Below, piece after piece: positions 28,627-41,317 of a stretch of DNA of 64,000 nucleotides. A model generated the notes under the pieces. The model did no database searches. It was not told the DNA's origin and was given only the letters and a program-made list of their open reading frames with translations. Both the position numbers and the translations under genes were made by a program. Each line of letters opens with the position of its first letter. Within the stretch, counting starts at the first letter, position 1. The stretch lies in NCBI RefSeq assembly GCF_055900595.2, contig NZ_CM148325.1. One strand, given 5' to 3'.

Positions 28627-29493
28627 ATGGCAGCAAAGATTATTGACGGTAAAACGATTGCGCAGCAGGTGCGCTCTGAAGTTGCTCAAAAAGTTCAGGC
28701 ACGTATTGCAGCTGGACTGCGGGCACCAGGACTGGCCGTAGTACTGGTGGGTAGCAACCCTGCATCGCAAATTTATGTCGCAAGCAAACGCAAAGCTTGT
28801 GAAGAAGTCGGGTTCGTCTCCCGTTCTTATGACCTCCCGGAAACCACCAGCGAAGCGGAGCTGCTGGAGCTTATCGATGCGCTGAATGCCGACAACACCA
28901 TTGATGGCATTCTGGTTCAACTGCCGTTACCAGCGGGTATTGATAACGTCAAAGTGCTGGAACGTATTCACCCGGACAAAGACGTTGACGGTTTCCATCC
29001 TTATAACGTCGGTCGTCTGTGCCAGCGCGCGCCACGTCTGCGCCCCTGCACCCCGCGTGGTATCGTCACACTGCTTGAGCGATACAACATCGATACCTTC
29101 GGTCTCAACGCCGTGGTGATTGGCGCATCGAATATCGTCGGTCGCCCAATGAGCATGGAACTGCTGCTCGCAGGTTGCACCACCACCGTGACTCACCGCT
29201 TCACTAAAAATCTGCGTCATCACGTAGAAAATGCCGATCTGTTGATCGTTGCCGTCGGTAAACCGGGCTTTATTCCTGGTGACTGGATCAAAGAAGGCGC
29301 GATTGTGATTGATGTCGGCATCAACCGTCTGGAAAATGGCAAAGTTGTGGGCGACGTGGTGTTTGAAGACGCGGCTAAACGCGCCTCATACATTACGCCT
29401 GTTCCGGGCGGCGTTGGCCCGATGACGGTTGCCACGCTGATCGAAAACACGCTACAGGCGTGCGTTGAATATCATGATCCACAGGGTGAGTAA
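28627..29493 (+). CDS. folD: Bifunctional methylenetetrahydrofolate dehydrogenase/cyclohydrolase
   Basis: 288-aa [54 protein letters not shown].... Confidence 0.95.
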
Positions 29494-29494
29494 C

Positions 29495-29707
29495 ATGGCG
29501 ACATTTTCTTTAGGTAAACATCCGCACGTTGAGCTGTGCGACTTGCTGAAACTGGAAGGCTGGAGCGAAAGCGGCGCGCAGGCGAAAATCGCGATTGCCG
29601 AAGGCCAGGTGAAAGTCGACGGCGCGGTTGAAACGCGCAAACGCTGCAAAATCGTCGCCGGTCAGACAGTGAGTTTTGCAGGTCACAGCGTACAGGTTGT
29701 TGCCTGA
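29495..29707 (+). CDS. ybcJ: S4-domain RNA-binding protein
   Basis: MATFSLGKHPHVELCDLLKLEGWSESGAQAKIAIAEGQVKVDGAVETRKRCKIVAGQTVSFAGHSVQVVA. Confidence 0.8.
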   Translation: MATFSLGKHPHVELCDLLKLEGWSESGAQAKIAIAEGQVKVDGAVETRKRCKIVAGQTVSFAGHSVQVVA

Positions 29708-29814
29708 TCCCTTTCCCGGCCTGTATCAACAGGCCGGTTCTCTTTTCAGACTTTTTCCCTCTACGCCCCGTTCATCCATGCTGATAGCATCGACATTTTG
29801 CCGAAGCGACCATC

Positions 29815-30336
29815 ATGCCAACCGTTATTACGCACGCCGCCGTTCCCCTTTGCATTGGTTTAGGGTTGGGTTCGAAAGTCATCCCTCCGCGCCTGTTATT
29901 TGCCGGAATCATCCTGGCGATGCTGCCCGATGCCGACGTATTGTCGTTTAAATTTGGCGTTGCTTACGGCAATGTTTTTGGTCATCGCGGGTTTACCCAT
30001 TCGCTGGTGTTTGCGTTTGTTGTCCCGCTGTTATGTGTGCTGATTGGACGTCGATGGTTCAGGGCTGGGCTGATTCGCTGCTGGCTGTTTTTAACCGTTT
30101 CGTTGCTATCGCACAGCTTGCTGGATTCGGTAACCACTGGCGGTAAAGGCGTTGGCTGGCTGTGGCCGTGGTCAGATGAACGCTTTTTCGCTCCCTGGCA
30201 GGTGATTAAAGTCGCGCCGTTTGCATTGTCTCGTTACACCACGCCGTACGGGCATCAGGTGATTATTTCTGAATTGATGTGGGTGTGGTTGCCGGGGATA
30301 CTACTGATGGGAATGTTGTGGTGGCGCAGACGATAA
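29815..30336 (+). CDS. ybcI: Inner-membrane metal-dependent hydrolase family protein
   Basis: 173-aa hydrophobic ORF MPTVITHAAVPLCIGLGLGSKVIPPRLLFAGIILAMLPDADVL.... Confidence 0.8.
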   Translation: MPTVITHAAVPLCIGLGLGSKVIPPRLLFAGIILAMLPDADVLSFKFGVAYGNVFGHRGFTHSLVFAFVVPLLCVLIGRRWFRAGLIRCWLFLTVSLLSHSLLDSVTTGGKGVGWLWPWSDERFFAPWQVIKVAPFALSRYTTPYGHQVIISELMWVWLPGILLMGMLWWRRR

Positions 30337-30371
30337 CCGGATGCGAAAACTCGCATCCGGCAATAGCGCAA

Positions 30372-31757
30372 TTACTTACGACGCCAGGTGGTCCCTTGCG
30401 GGCCATCTTCCAGCACGATCCCCATCTCGTTAAGACGGTCACGCGCCGCATCTGCCGCCGCCCAATCTTTCGCTTTACGGGCATCCAGACGCTGTTGAAT
30501 TAAGGCTTCAATCTCAGCCACTTCGCTGTCGTCTGCCTGCGCGCCGCTTTGTAGGAACGCTTCCGGTTCTTGCTCCAGCAGGCCCAGCACGGCTGAAAGT
30601 TTACGCAGATGAGACGCCATCGCGTTTGCCGCTGCCATATCTTCTGCTTTCAGACGGTTAACTTCACGCGCCATATCAAACAGCACGGAATAGGCTTCCG
30701 GGGTGTTGAAATCGTCGTCCATCGCTTCAATAAAGCGCACTTCAAACGCTTCGCCACCGGCAGGAGCAACGGTTTTGTCTGTGCCGCGCAGCGCAGTGTA
30801 GAGACGCTCCAGCGCCGCGCGTGCCTGCTTCAGGTTCTCTTCGCTGTAGTTCAGCTGGCTGCGATAGTGGCCCGACATCAGGAAGTAACGCACGGTTTCC
30901 GCGTCGTAGTATTTCAGCACATCACGCACGGTAAAGAAGTTACCCAGCGATTTGGACATCTTCTCTCGGTCAACCATTACCATCCCCGAGTGCATCCAGT
31001 AGTTCACATACTGACCATCATGCGCACAGGTAGACTGCGCGATTTCGTTCTCGTGGTGCGGGAACATCAGGTCAGAACCGCCGCCGTGGATATCAAAGTG
31101 GTTACCTAACTGCTTGCAGTTCATTGCCGAACATTCAATGTGCCAGCCTGGACGGCCCGCGCCCCACGGAGACGGCCAGCTCGGTTCGCCCTCTTTCGAC
31201 ATCTTCCACAGAACGAAGTCCATCGGGTTGCGTTTGTCGTCGACCACGTCAACGCGCGCGCCCGCCTGCAGCTGGTCGAGATCCTGACGCGACAGCACGC
31301 CATAGGTTGGATCGGTCGGTACGTCGAACATCACGTCGCCGTTGTCCGCCACATAAGCGTGACCTTTGGCGATCAGTTGCTCAGTGAGCTCAATAATTTC
31401 TGCGATATGGTGCGTCGCGCGCGGCTCCATATCCGGGCGCAGAATGTTCAAAGCATCAAAATCTTTGTGCATTTCGGCGATCATGCGATCCACCAGCGCT
31501 ACAAAGCTTTCGCCATTTTCATTGGCGCGTTTGATGATTTTGTCGTCGATATCGGTAATGTTGCGCACATACTTCAGCTTATAGCCGAGGAAACGCAAAT
31601 AGCGTGCAACCACGTCAAAGGCAACAAAGGTACGCCCGTGACCGATATGACAGAGATCGTAAACGGTGATTCCACACACGTACATGCCGACTTCCCCGGC
31701 GTGAATAGGCTTAAATTCCTCTTTTTGGCGTGTCAGAGTATTGAAGATTTTTAGCAT
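30372..31757 (-). CDS. cysS: Cysteinyl-tRNA synthetase
   Basis: 461-aa [47 protein letters not shown]... with HIGH and KMSKS motifs. Confidence 0.95.
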   Translation of the reverse strand: MLKIFNTLTRQKEEFKPIHAGEVGMYVCGITVYDLCHIGHGRTFVAFDVVARYLRFLGYKLKYVRNITDIDDKIIKRANENGESFVALVDRMIAEMHKDFDALNILRPDMEPRATHHIAEIIELTEQLIAKGHAYVADNGDVMFDVPTDPTYGVLSRQDLDQLQAGARVDVVDDKRNPMDFVLWKMSKEGEPSWPSPWGAGRPGWHIECSAMNCKQLGNHFDIHGGGSDLMFPHHENEIAQSTCAHDGQYVNYWMHSGMVMVDREKMSKSLGNFFTVRDVLKYYDAETVRYFLMSGHYRSQLNYSEENLKQARAALERLYTALRGTDKTVAPAGGEAFEVRFIEAMDDDFNTPEAYSVLFDMAREVNRLKAEDMAAANAMASHLRKLSAVLGLLEQEPEAFLQSGAQADDSEVAEIEALIQQRLDARKAKDWAAADAARDRLNEMGIVLEDGPQGTTWRRK

Positions 31758-31930
31758 CGAAGATTCCGTTTAGACATGTGTGGGTAATTGAGTTGCGTAT
31801 AATACCCATATTTCCCGCGCGAATCAGCATACATTGCGTGATGATCCGATCGTGCGGTTATGCTATAACACCACCCTATATATGACCCGAATCGGGTTGA
31901 AGCACCAATCAAACGGAACAGGATGCAAAA

Positions 31931-32425
31931 ATGGTTACTTTCCACACCAATCACGGCGATATTGTCATCAAAACTTTTGACGATAAAGCACCTGAAACAG
32001 TTAAAAACTTCCTGGACTACTGCCGCGAAGGTTTTTACAACAACACCATTTTCCACCGTGTTATCAACGGCTTTATGATTCAGGGCGGCGGTTTTGAGCC
32101 AGGCATGAAGCAAAAAGCCACCAAAGAACCGATCAAAAACGAAGCCAACAACGGTCTGAAAAACACCCGCGGTACGCTGGCAATGGCCCGAACTCAGGCA
32201 CCGCACTCTGCAACTGCACAGTTCTTCATCAACGTGGTTGATAACGACTTCCTGAACTTCTCTGGCGAAAGCCTGCAAGGTTGGGGCTACTGCGTATTTG
32301 CCGAAGTGGTTGAAGGCATGGACGTGGTAGACAAAATCAAAGGTGTTGCAACCGGTCGTAGCGGTATGCACCAGGACGTGCCAAAAGAAGACGTTATCAT
32401 TGAAAGCGTGACCGTTAGCGAGTAA
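31931..32425 (+). CDS. ppiB: Peptidyl-prolyl cis-trans isomerase B
   Basis: 164-aa [58 protein letters not shown].... Confidence 0.95.
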   Translation: MVTFHTNHGDIVIKTFDDKAPETVKNFLDYCREGFYNNTIFHRVINGFMIQGGGFEPGMKQKATKEPIKNEANNGLKNTRGTLAMARTQAPHSATAQFFINVVDNDFLNFSGESLQGWGYCVFAEVVEGMDVVDKIKGVATGRSGMHQDVPKEDVIIESVTVSE

Positions 32426-32427
32426 TC

Positions 32428-33150
32428 GTGGCGACACTCTTTATTGCAGATCTTCATCTCTGCGTGGAAGAACCGGCGATCACCGCCGGTTTTCTGCGTT
32501 TTTTAGCGGGGGAAGCCCGCAAGGCCGACGCGCTGTATATTCTTGGCGATCTGTTTGAAGCATGGATTGGCGATGACGATCCCAACCCACTCCATCGCCA
32601 GATGGCCGCAGCGATCAAAGCGGTATCCGATTCCGGCGTTCCCTGTTATTTCATTCATGGCAACCGTGATTTTCTGCTTGGCAAACGCTTTGCCCGTGAG
32701 AGTGGCATGACGTTATTGCCGGAAGAAAAAGTGCTCGAACTTTATGGTCGTCGGGTGTTGATTATGCATGGCGACACGCTGTGCACCGATGACGCGGGTT
32801 ATCAGGCTTTTCGCGCCAAAGTCCACAAGCCGTGGTTGCAAACGCTATTCCTCGCCCTGCCGTTGTTTGTGCGCAAACGCATTGCCGCGCGAATGCGAGC
32901 GAACAGCAAAGAAGCCAACAGCAGTAAATCGCTGGCGATCATGGACGTTAACCAAAACGCGGTGGTCAGTGCGATGGAAAAACATCAGGTGCAATGGCTG
33001 ATCCACGGGCATACCCATCGCCCGGCGATCCATGAACTTATCGCCAATCAGCAACCTGCTTTCCGTGTCGTGTTGGGTGCCTGGCATACGGAAGGTTCAA
33101 TGGTGAAAGTCACGGCGGATGACGTTGAGCTGATTCATTTTCCGTTTTAA
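32428..33150 (+). CDS. lpxH: UDP-2,3-diacylglucosamine hydrolase
   Basis: 240-aa [54 protein letters not shown].... Confidence 0.9.
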   Translation: MATLFIADLHLCVEEPAITAGFLRFLAGEARKADALYILGDLFEAWIGDDDPNPLHRQMAAAIKAVSDSGVPCYFIHGNRDFLLGKRFARESGMTLLPEEKVLELYGRRVLIMHGDTLCTDDAGYQAFRAKVHKPWLQTLFLALPLFVRKRIAARMRANSKEANSSKSLAIMDVNQNAVVSAMEKHQVQWLIHGHTHRPAIHELIANQQPAFRVVLGAWHTEGSMVKVTADDVELIHFPF

Positions 33151-33266
33151 ATACCCGCAACTTTGCTGATTTCACAGCCACGCAACCGTTTTCCTTGCTC
33201 TCTTTCCGTGCTATTCTCTGTGCCCTCTAAAGCCGAGAGTTGTGCACCACAGGAGTTTTAAGACGC

Positions 33267-33776
33267 ATGTCTTCCCGCAATAATCCGGCGCGTGTCGCCA
33301 TCGTGATGGGGTCCAAAAGCGACTGGGCTACCATGCAGTTCGCCGCCGAAATCTTCGAAATCCTGAATGTCCCGCACCACGTTGAAGTGGTTTCTGCTCA
33401 CCGCACCCCCGATAAACTGTTCAGCTTCGCCGAAAGCGCCGAAGAGAACGGTTATCAGGTGATTATTGCGGGCGCAGGCGGCGCAGCGCACCTGCCGGGC
33501 ATGATTGCCGCCAAAACGCTGGTACCAGTGCTGGGCGTGCCAGTACAGAGCGCCGCACTGAGCGGTGTCGATAGCCTCTACTCCATCGTACAAATGCCGC
33601 GCGGCATTCCGGTGGGTACACTGGCGATTGGTAAAGCTGGCGCGGCAAACGCGGCGTTACTGGCAGCACAAATTCTTGCGACTCATGATAAAGAACTGCA
33701 CCAGCGTCTGAATGACTGGCGCAAAGCACAAACTGATGAAGTACTGGAAAACCCGGACCCGCGAGGTGCGGCATGA
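33267..33776 (+). CDS. purE: N5-carboxyaminoimidazole ribonucleotide mutase
   Basis: [52 protein letters not shown]...; SD AGGAG upstream. Confidence 0.9.
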   Translation: MSSRNNPARVAIVMGSKSDWATMQFAAEIFEILNVPHHVEVVSAHRTPDKLFSFAESAEENGYQVIIAGAGGAAHLPGMIAAKTLVPVLGVPVQSAALSGVDSLYSIVQMPRGIPVGTLAIGKAGAANAALLAAQILATHDKELHQRLNDWRKAQTDEVLENPDPRGAA

Positions 33777-34840
33777 AACAGGTTTGCGTCCTCGGTAACG
33801 GGCAGTTAGGCCGTATGTTGCGCCAGGCAGGCGAACCGTTAGGCATTGCTGTCTGGCCGGTCGGGCTGGACGCTGAACCGGCGGCGGTGCCCTTTCAACA
33901 AAGCGTGATTACCGCTGAGATCGAACGCTGGCCGGAAACCGCATTAACGCGCGAGTTGGCACGCCATCCAGCCTTTGTGAACCACGATGTGTTCCCAATT
34001 ATTGCCGACCGTCTGACTCAGAAGCAGCTTTTCGACAAGCTTCACCTGCCGACCGCACCGTGGCAGTTACTTGCCGATCGCAGTGAGTGGCCTGCGGTGT
34101 TTGATCGTTTAGGTGAACTGGCGATTGTTAAGCGTCGTATTGGTGGCTATGACGGTCGCGGTCAATGGCGTTTACGCGCCGATGAAACCGCACAGTTACC
34201 GGCAGAGTGTTACGGCGAATGTATTGTCGAGCAGGGCATTAACTTCTCTGGCGAAGTATCGCTGGTTGGCGCGCGCGGCTTTGATGGCAGCACTGTGTTT
34301 TATCCGCTGACGCATAACCTGCATCAGGACGGTATTTTGCGCACCAGCGTCGCTTTCCCACAGGCCAATGCGCAGCAGCAGGCACAAGCCGAAGAGATGC
34401 TGTCGGCGATTATGCAGGATTTGGGCTATGTGGGCGTGATGGCGATGGAGTGTTTTGTCACGCCGCAAGGTCTGCTGATCAACGAACTGGCTCCGCGTGT
34501 ACATAACAGCGGTCACTGGACACAAAACGGTGCCAGCATCAGCCAGTTTGAGCTGCATCTGCGGGCGATTACCGATCTGCCGTTACCGCAACCGGTAGTG
34601 AATAGTCCGTCGGTGATGATCAACCTGATTGGTAGCGATGTGAATTATGACTGGCTGAAACTGCCGCTGGTGCATCTGCACTGGTACGACAAAGAAGTGC
34701 GTCCGGGCCGTAAAGTGGGGCATCTGAATTTGACCGACAGCGACACATCGCGTCTGACCGCGACGCTGGAAGCATTAATCCCGCTGCTGCCGCCGGAGTA
34801 TGCCAGTGGCGTGATTTGGGCGCAGAGTAAGTTCAGTTAA
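33773..34840 (+). CDS. purK: N5-carboxyaminoimidazole ribonucleotide synthetase
   Basis: 355-aa ATP-grasp [33 protein letters not shown]...; overlaps the purE stop. Confidence 0.9.
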   Translation: MKQVCVLGNGQLGRMLRQAGEPLGIAVWPVGLDAEPAAVPFQQSVITAEIERWPETALTRELARHPAFVNHDVFPIIADRLTQKQLFDKLHLPTAPWQLLADRSEWPAVFDRLGELAIVKRRIGGYDGRGQWRLRADETAQLPAECYGECIVEQGINFSGEVSLVGARGFDGSTVFYPLTHNLHQDGILRTSVAFPQANAQQQAQAEEMLSAIMQDLGYVGVMAMECFVTPQGLLINELAPRVHNSGHWTQNGASISQFELHLRAITDLPLPQPVVNSPSVMINLIGSDVNYDWLKLPLVHLHWYDKEVRPGRKVGHLNLTDSDTSRLTATLEALIPLLPPEYASGVIWAQSKFS

Positions 34841-34859
34841 CCTGGTACTCATATTCCTG

Positions 34860-35255
34860 CCGGATGCGGCGTGAACGCCTTATCCGGCCTACTAATCCGG
34901 TACCCATTGTAGGCCTGATAAGACGCGTCAAGCGTCGCATCAGGCATGGTGCGCCGATTACCGGATGCGGCGTGAACGCCTTATCCGACTACCAATCCGG
35001 TACCCATTGTAGGCCTGATAAGACGCGTCAAGCGTCGCATCAGGCATGGTGCGCCGATTACCGGATGCGGCGTGAACGCCTTATCCGACTACCAATCCGG
35101 TACCCATTGTAGGCCTGATAAGACGCGTCAAGCGTCGCATCAGGCATGGTGCGCCGATTACCGGATGCGGCGTGAACGCCTTATCCGACTACCAATCCGG
35201 TACCCATTGTAGGCCTGATAAGACGCGTCAAGCGTCGCATCAGGCATGGTGCGCC
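34860..35255. repeat. Tandem BIME/REP array (four units of about 100 bp, each holding two inverted REP palindromes)
   Basis: Unit CCGGATGCGGCGTGAACGCCTTATCCG...GTAGGCCTGATAAGACGCGTCAAGCGTCGCATCAGGC repeats at 34860, 34961, 35061 and 35161 with near-identical content. Confidence 0.8.
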
Positions 35256-35273
35256 ATATGCTGGATGCTCCCA

Positions 35274-36170
35274 TCACGACAGCGAAATACAGGTCCCCGC
35301 TTCGCCCGCCAGCGTCTCTTCAATCCGCGATAACGCCCCAATCCACGCAGGTTTACCACGGCTTCTGACATAGCCACTCACCGCCGTTACCTTCGGTCCC
35401 ATCGCCCCATCGGCTTTGGCAAATGGCGCTAACTCATCCGGTGTGGCATGGCGAATGGCACGTTGCTGCGGCGTTCCCCAGTTTTCATATACCGCGTCAG
35501 CATCGGTGAGGATCACCAGTCCATCGGCATTAATCTGCTCGGCAAGCAACGCCGCGGCGAGATCTTTATCAATCACAGCTTCACTCCCTGCTCCGTCATC
35601 CGTCACCGGAACACCGCCGCCGCCACTGCAAATCACCACATGCCCCTCTTTGAGCAACAACTCGATGGCTTCACTGTCGAGAATTTTACGCGGTTGCGGA
35701 GATGCCACCACCCGGCGTAAATATTTGCCATCACGCTTCATTTGCCAGCCGTAAGTCGTTTCCAGTGCCTCTTGTTCTTCTGGCTGATAAACCGGGCCGA
35801 TAAACTTCTCTGGCTGCAAAAACGCCGGATCATCAGGCGAAACTTCAATGCGCGTCAGCACCGTCGTGACAGGCGGCATCTGCGGCTGTGCGCTCAAGCT
35901 CTGCGCCAGCATATAGCCAATCATCCCCTGGCTTTCCGCCACCAGCACATCCAGCGGATACGGTTCTACCTCTTTCCACGCCAGATTCTGTAACGCCAGC
36001 AGCCCCACCTGTGGCCCGTTGCCGTGAACAATCGCCAGCCGATAAGAACGGGCCAGGCGCGCCAGTGCGGGTACAGCACTGGCAATATTGCGATATTGAT
36101 TTTCTGCCGTCAGCGCCTCACCGCGCTGGAGTAAGGCATTGCCCCCAAGAGCTACAACCAGTGTTTTCAT
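35274..36170 (-). CDS. ybcF: Carbamate kinase-like protein
   Basis: 298-aa [59 protein letters not shown].... Confidence 0.85.
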   Translation of the reverse strand: MKTLVVALGGNALLQRGEALTAENQYRNIASAVPALARLARSYRLAIVHGNGPQVGLLALQNLAWKEVEPYPLDVLVAESQGMIGYMLAQSLSAQPQMPPVTTVLTRIEVSPDDPAFLQPEKFIGPVYQPEEQEALETTYGWQMKRDGKYLRRVVASPQPRKILDSEAIELLLKEGHVVICSGGGGVPVTDDGAGSEAVIDKDLAAALLAEQINADGLVILTDADAVYENWGTPQQRAIRHATPDELAPFAKADGAMGPKVTAVSGYVRSRGKPAWIGALSRIEETLAGEAGTCISLS

Positions 36171-36982
36171 GGTGTTCCTTGTAATAATTGTTGACCAAGC
36201 CAGAACCCCAGCAGCGTATCTGCCCCTGACGTATGCCCCAGCGCCAGCAGCGAATCAATCGCCACAGCGGTACGTTTCGGGCAACTCAGAGCATGAACAA
36301 AGTGCAGGAGTGGCGAGGCGAAATATCCTTGCGCGGCATAACGTAAATAATTAACGCTCACCGCCGTGGTAACGAGTTGAAGATTGTCGGAACAGGCAAA
36401 AAACGGGCGACCGGAGCGCGCATCTAAAGCGCTATAATACCAGGCTGCCAGCAGCATTCCGCTCAACGTGTCATCATGACTCGGCGTTAATCCGGGGCCT
36501 TTACCCAGCCAGTGCCGCCAGTCGGTCTTAACGCCATTGAGCGCGGCCTGAAAACAGTGGCGAAACTGGCGTAATTCAGCAGGCAGCGGATCGCCTGCCG
36601 CCAACGCCAGCGGCCCGAAAAGCCCGGTTTCCTCCGCGCGTTGCATCCATGCCGCTGCAAGCGGTTGAGGATGCGCAGGCGGCGTAATACGCAGCAAACA
36701 ATAACGCTGTGGCTGTTTAACCGTGAAACGCCCGAGGCGAATCCCTTGAGCCACAACCTGTGGTCGTTCATTGCCGCATAATCCACCGCATAACGCATCG
36801 AATTGTGCGCGGCGAAGCACCCATCCTCCGGGACCGAAACCACTACCCTGACGATGCAGCGTTAACAATTCACCGCTTTCCGTCATCAGGTTAATCGCCC
36901 GCCGCCACACGCCCGCTAACCGCCAGGACTGGCGATAATTCGGTGCGCTACGGCTGGCAAGCAGAGGAAGGATGATCGTCAT
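36167..36982 (-). CDS. ylbF: Conserved protein YlbF
   Basis: Start at [24 protein letters not shown]... inside the track ORF 36167..37075. Confidence 0.7.
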   Translation of the reverse strand: MTIILPLLASRSAPNYRQSWRLAGVWRRAINLMTESGELLTLHRQGSGFGPGGWVLRRAQFDALCGGLCGNERPQVVAQGIRLGRFTVKQPQRYCLLRITPPAHPQPLAAAWMQRAEETGLFGPLALAAGDPLPAELRQFRHCFQAALNGVKTDWRHWLGKGPGLTPSHDDTLSGMLLAAWYYSALDARSGRPFFACSDNLQLVTTAVSVNYLRYAAQGYFASPLLHFVHALSCPKRTAVAIDSLLALGHTSGADTLLGFWLGQQLLQGTP

Positions 36983-36992
36983 TGCGCGTTCC

Positions 36993-38252
36993 TCAACCAA
37001 TCCCCATGCTTTCAGCCAGAGCTTCCAGCGCCTGTTCAAAGCACGCCAGCGGTGCCCGCACAGTGCCTGCACCAATCTGCCCGATCCCCGCCTCTTTATG
37101 GGCGATACCCGTATTGATGAGTGGTGTAATGCCGGTTTCTACCACGCGACGAATATCCAGCCCCAGACACGCGCCCTGGAAATCCCAGCCAGGGATCTGC
37201 AACTGCATATTGCGCTCAAGGAAGATTTCTGCCATCTCTTCAGATACTGCTCTGGCTGCTTCCATACCACCCGCACCGACAAAGCGTGTTACGCCAGGGG
37301 CGGCGATCATTGCCGCACCACCGATACCAAAGGTTTCGGTAATCGCGCTATCGCCCATATCCGGGTTCGCCTGCTCCTGCGAGAAGCCGGTGAAAAACAG
37401 ACCTTGCGGAGTGTTAACTGGCGCAGTAAACCAGCGCTCGCCCAGCCCACTTACCCGAATCCCGAACATATTGCCGTTGCGGGTCATAGCCGTGACGATG
37501 CTGCCCGCGCGGATCATCGCGCCTGCATCCATCGCCGCCTTGCAATAGGCCATCGCGAGGTTGAGGAAGAACTGATCGGTCACGCTGAGGAAATCCATTA
37601 CTTCCGCGATGTGCTGTTTATTGTGATCGAGGCGGGCAATTTGCGGTGCCAGCGCGCGCATCAACAGTGCTGAGGATGCAATGTTGCGCTGATGGAACTC
37701 ATCGCCCATCGTAATGCCCTGTGCCATCATCGCGGTGAGATCGATACCGCGCTCCATGCGCCCCAGCGCCGCGCTTAATACTGGCATTAACACATCGCGC
37801 ATCCAGCGATGGCGAGTCAGGACATCTTCGCCGTAAGCGCCAAAACGCATCACTTTACCGATACCTTCGTTGAGGTTGCAGTACGCCCGGTTGCCGTCGG
37901 TCACGTTCTCGACCACCAGCATCGGCATACTGGCAGAAGTAATGCCACCCATTGGCCCGACGGCATTCACATGGTGACAAGGAATGAAGTTCACTTCCCC
38001 CTGCTCCAGCATCGCCAGCGCCTGCGCTTCATCTTTCGCCCAACCTTCGAACAGACATGCGCCCACGCACGCCCCTTTCATGGGGCCGGTCATCTCCTGC
38101 CAGCGCATTGGCGGCCCGGCGTGAAGCAGTGTTTTGCCCGGGTGTAGTTCGCTGATAAGTGAAGAAGCCGGTTGCACATCCAGCCAGTGTGGACGAGCGC
38201 GACGAATTTGTTCGATAACCGCAGCATTGGCTTGCGCCACTGATGTAAACAT
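36993..38252 (-). CDS. ylbE: Conserved protein YlbE (intact here)
   Basis: Uninterrupted 419-aa [43 protein letters not shown].... Confidence 0.8.
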   Translation of the reverse strand: MFTSVAQANAAVIEQIRRARPHWLDVQPASSLISELHPGKTLLHAGPPMRWQEMTGPMKGACVGACLFEGWAKDEAQALAMLEQGEVNFIPCHHVNAVGPMGGITSASMPMLVVENVTDGNRAYCNLNEGIGKVMRFGAYGEDVLTRHRWMRDVLMPVLSAALGRMERGIDLTAMMAQGITMGDEFHQRNIASSALLMRALAPQIARLDHNKQHIAEVMDFLSVTDQFFLNLAMAYCKAAMDAGAMIRAGSIVTAMTRNGNMFGIRVSGLGERWFTAPVNTPQGLFFTGFSQEQANPDMGDSAITETFGIGGAAMIAAPGVTRFVGAGGMEAARAVSEEMAEIFLERNMQLQIPGWDFQGACLGLDIRRVVETGITPLINTGIAHKEAGIGQIGAGTVRAPLACFEQALEALAESMGIG

Positions 38253-38261
38253 GGGAACCCC

Positions 38262-39929
38262 TTATTGCAAACGTTCTAATAAACGAGCCAGTTTTTTATT
38301 GCCGCCGGCGACTGGTGACCATTGGTAATGCACAACCGGTTTGCTGGCGCTTTGTAGTTCCAGCGCAAAGCTGCGTAATCCGATGTTAATCACGGCGACG
38401 TTTTCCAGTAATGACGGTGTGTGTTGCTGTGTGGCAGGCGAGAGCGGATGAATTAACGCCGCCGCCAGCAAAGTGGCTTCTGGCAGCGAACTCACTACCG
38501 CGATCCCTGCATCTTCCAGCGTGGCGATTTGCTGCGAGCGGCATTGCGGGTCACGTTCAGTGCCTGTCACCGTGGCAATGGCATACAGTGGTTGATTGTC
38601 TGATCGCACGGCACAGGCTTTTTGCCAGGCGCTTACCAGCGAGGCGGCAGGATCGGCGGTCGCACCGAAGCCAATCACCACATCAAGCAGCAACACGCGC
38701 ACTTGCGGTTTAGCGCCGAGATCGGCAATTAACAGGTTGCGTAAGGTCGGGTCGATCATCGGATGGGGACGCCCGACGGTGTAAAAATCATCGCCCAGGT
38801 CGAGGATCTGATGTCCGTCGGCGTCCAGCATCATGCCATGTTGATGGGTATCGTCGGCTTCCACGCCAAGGTGTCCGGCAAGTAATCCCGCCGCTTCAGC
38901 AGCCAGCGTACCGCCGGTATACAAACCGCAAATAAATCCGCTGCTGACAGGCGCTATCGCGTTACGTCGCGCAGTGACGCGTGAAAGCAGGCAAGCCAGA
39001 CGCGCGGCCTCATCCAGCGAGGAGGCAAACCAGACATTTTCGTCGCGGGCCACCGCCGGGATATAACCTAAAAACAGCGCCACCGTTGGTTTGCCGGTTG
39101 CTTTCATGGCATTAACAATTTTCAGACGTACAGCTTCGGCAGGCGGTTTTGAAACAAACGCCAGCACTTCGCTTTTCTCGTCTACACTGAGCATTTCCAG
39201 CGCCGTTAGCGCACTGATGCCGCCCACTTCATGGCTGAGGTCGCGCCCGCCAAGACCAATCGCGTGAGTAATTCCCTCACCTGCCAGTGCAATCTGCGAA
39301 CACAGCTCCTGAATCCCGGTACCGGAAGCGCCAATGACGCCAATGTTGCCTTCCGGCATCACGTTAGCAAAAGCCAGCGGCGTGGCGGCAATCATCGATG
39401 TACCGCAGTCCGGCCCCATCACCAGCAAGCCTTTTTCCCGCGCGCGGGTTTTAAGTTGGATTTCATCTTCCAGCGTGACGTTATCGGAGAACATCATCAC
39501 GTTGAGGTTGCGATCCAGCGCCTGATTCGCCAGCTCCGCCGCATACTCGCCAGCCACTGAAATCAGCGCCAGATTGGCATCGGGTAATTTCTGACAGGCA
39601 CTGTCCCAGCGACGCACCAGCGTCAACGCCTGGCTGCTGCCCGTTCCCTGCGCCAGTTGCTTTAGCGCCTCTTCAAGCTGCTGCATAATCGCCTGCGCGA
39701 TCCCCGCATCCGCCGCTTCGCTACGAATTGCCACACAAATATCGTTCGGCGTGGCGTTATTAAAATCGTCATGCCAGAAACCTGTGGTATCTAATAACGC
39801 TTTATTGGCGGGCGTACCCATCATTACGGAAACATCATCAACATTTTCTGATTCGCTGAGTTTTCGTGAAATAATCATTAAACTGACCGAATCCTGAAAA
39901 CACCCTTTTTTAATAAAGGCGTGGATCAT
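38262..39929 (-). CDS. fdrA: FdrA (acyl-CoA synthetase/succinyl-CoA synthetase alpha-like)
   Basis: 555-aa ORF MIHAFIKKGCFQDSVSLMIISRKLSESENVDDVSVMMGTPANKALLDTTGFW.... Confidence 0.85.
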   Translation of the reverse strand: MIHAFIKKGCFQDSVSLMIISRKLSESENVDDVSVMMGTPANKALLDTTGFWHDDFNNATPNDICVAIRSEAADAGIAQAIMQQLEEALKQLAQGTGSSQALTLVRRWDSACQKLPDANLALISVAGEYAAELANQALDRNLNVMMFSDNVTLEDEIQLKTRAREKGLLVMGPDCGTSMIAATPLAFANVMPEGNIGVIGASGTGIQELCSQIALAGEGITHAIGLGGRDLSHEVGGISALTALEMLSVDEKSEVLAFVSKPPAEAVRLKIVNAMKATGKPTVALFLGYIPAVARDENVWFASSLDEAARLACLLSRVTARRNAIAPVSSGFICGLYTGGTLAAEAAGLLAGHLGVEADDTHQHGMMLDADGHQILDLGDDFYTVGRPHPMIDPTLRNLLIADLGAKPQVRVLLLDVVIGFGATADPAASLVSAWQKACAVRSDNQPLYAIATVTGTERDPQCRSQQIATLEDAGIAVVSSLPEATLLAAALIHPLSPATQQHTPSLLENVAVINIGLRSFALELQSASKPVVHYQWSPVAGGNKKLARLLERLQ

Positions 39930-40246
39930 AACAACTCCTTAAAAATTGCACCCATGGCAATTGCACGAGCAGTGTTAATGTGGCGATTACGGTATCGATG
40001 GATGGTGACAAATAAGGTGATGAATATCACACGGAGATTATTAGCAAAAGAATTCAAATAACCGCCAGACTATTACACGTTATTTTTTAACAAGCGTGGT
40101 TATTTTAAATAATCAGGTTAAAAACACGAGGATTATCAAATAAATTCTAACTATATTTTTTTGCCTGTCTGGATCACATAATCCAGATATTTTCCCTGTA
40201 TGTTAATTGCAGTCATGCTTCACACCGTCGTTAAAAAGGAAGACAG

Positions 40247-41296
40247 ATGAAAATCAGTCGGGAAACACTCCACCAGCTAATCGAGAATAAACTCTGCCAG
40301 GCTGGGTTAAAACGTGAGCACGCTGCAACCGTGGCTGAAGTATTGGTTTACGCCGATGCCAGAGGGATCCACTCTCATGGCGCGGTGCGCGTTGAATACT
40401 ACGCAGAGCGCATATCAAAAGGCGGCACCAACCGCGAACCAGAGTTTCGTCTTGAAGAAACCGGACCGTGCTCGGCAATTTTACATGCTGACAATGCCGC
40501 CGGACAGGTCGCGGCAAAAATGGGTATGGAACATGCCATCAAAACTGCCCAGCAAAATGGCGTTGCGGTGGTCGGTATCAGCCGGATGGGTCACAGCGGC
40601 GCAATCTCTTATTTTGTGCAGCAGGCAGCCCGCGCCGGATTGATTGGCATTTCGATGTGCCAGTCCGATCCAATGGTGGTGCCGTTTGGCGGCGCGGAAA
40701 TTTACTACGGCACTAACCCACTGGCCTTTGCCGCGCCGGGAGAAGGCGACGAGATTCTTACTTTTGATATGGCGACTACCGTACAGGCATGGGGAAAAGT
40801 GCTCGACGCCCGCTCGCGCAATATGTCTATCCCGAATACCTGGGCGGTCGATAAAAACGGTGCACCAACAACCGATCCATTTGCAGTTAACGCTCTGCTC
40901 CCCGCCGCTGGGCCGAAAGGGTATGGCCTGATGATGATGATTGACGTCCTCTCAGGCGTCTTACTCGGCTTACCGTTCGGGCGACAGGTTAGTTCGATGT
41001 ATGACGATTTACACGCCGGGCGTAATTTAGGGCAATTACATGTAGTTATTAACCCGAATTTTTTCTCCTCCAGCGAATTATTCCGTCAACATCTTAGCCA
41101 GACCATGCGCGAATTAAATGCCATAACCCCCGCGCCCGGTTTTAACCAGGTTTATTATCCCGGACAGGATCAGGATATTAAACAACGCAAAGCCGCCGTC
41201 GAAGGCATCGAAATTGTTGATGATATTTACCAGTATTTAATTTCCGACGCGCTTTATAACACGTCATACGAAACGAAAAATCCCTTTGCGCAATAA
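40247..41296 (+). CDS. allD: Ureidoglycolate dehydrogenase
   Basis: 349-aa ORF MKISRETLHQLIENKLCQAGLKREHAATVAEVLVYADARGIHSHGAVRVEYY.... Confidence 0.9.
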   Translation: MKISRETLHQLIENKLCQAGLKREHAATVAEVLVYADARGIHSHGAVRVEYYAERISKGGTNREPEFRLEETGPCSAILHADNAAGQVAAKMGMEHAIKTAQQNGVAVVGISRMGHSGAISYFVQQAARAGLIGISMCQSDPMVVPFGGAEIYYGTNPLAFAAPGEGDEILTFDMATTVQAWGKVLDARSRNMSIPNTWAVDKNGAPTTDPFAVNALLPAAGPKGYGLMMMIDVLSGVLLGLPFGRQVSSMYDDLHAGRNLGQLHVVINPNFFSSSELFRQHLSQTMRELNAITPAPGFNQVYYPGQDQDIKQRKAAVEGIEIVDDIYQYLISDALYNTSYETKNPFAQ

Positions 41297-41317
41297 TTGT
41301 TGAGACAGGACTTTCTT

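Noticed and set aside
30609-31754. Long ORFs antisense to cysS (for example 31140..31754 plus strand, 204 aa)
   Set aside because: They lie wholly inside a well-supported conserved gene on the opposite strand and have the high-Arg/Pro/Ala composition typical of shadow ORFs in GC-rich coding DNA.
34860-35255. Four tandem roughly 100-bp repeats that superficially resemble a CRISPR array
   Set aside because: The units are near-identical over their full length with no unique spacers, each consists of two inverted REP palindromes (BIME architecture), and the array lies in the purK-ybcF intergenic region with no cas genes nearby; it is a REP/BIME cluster.
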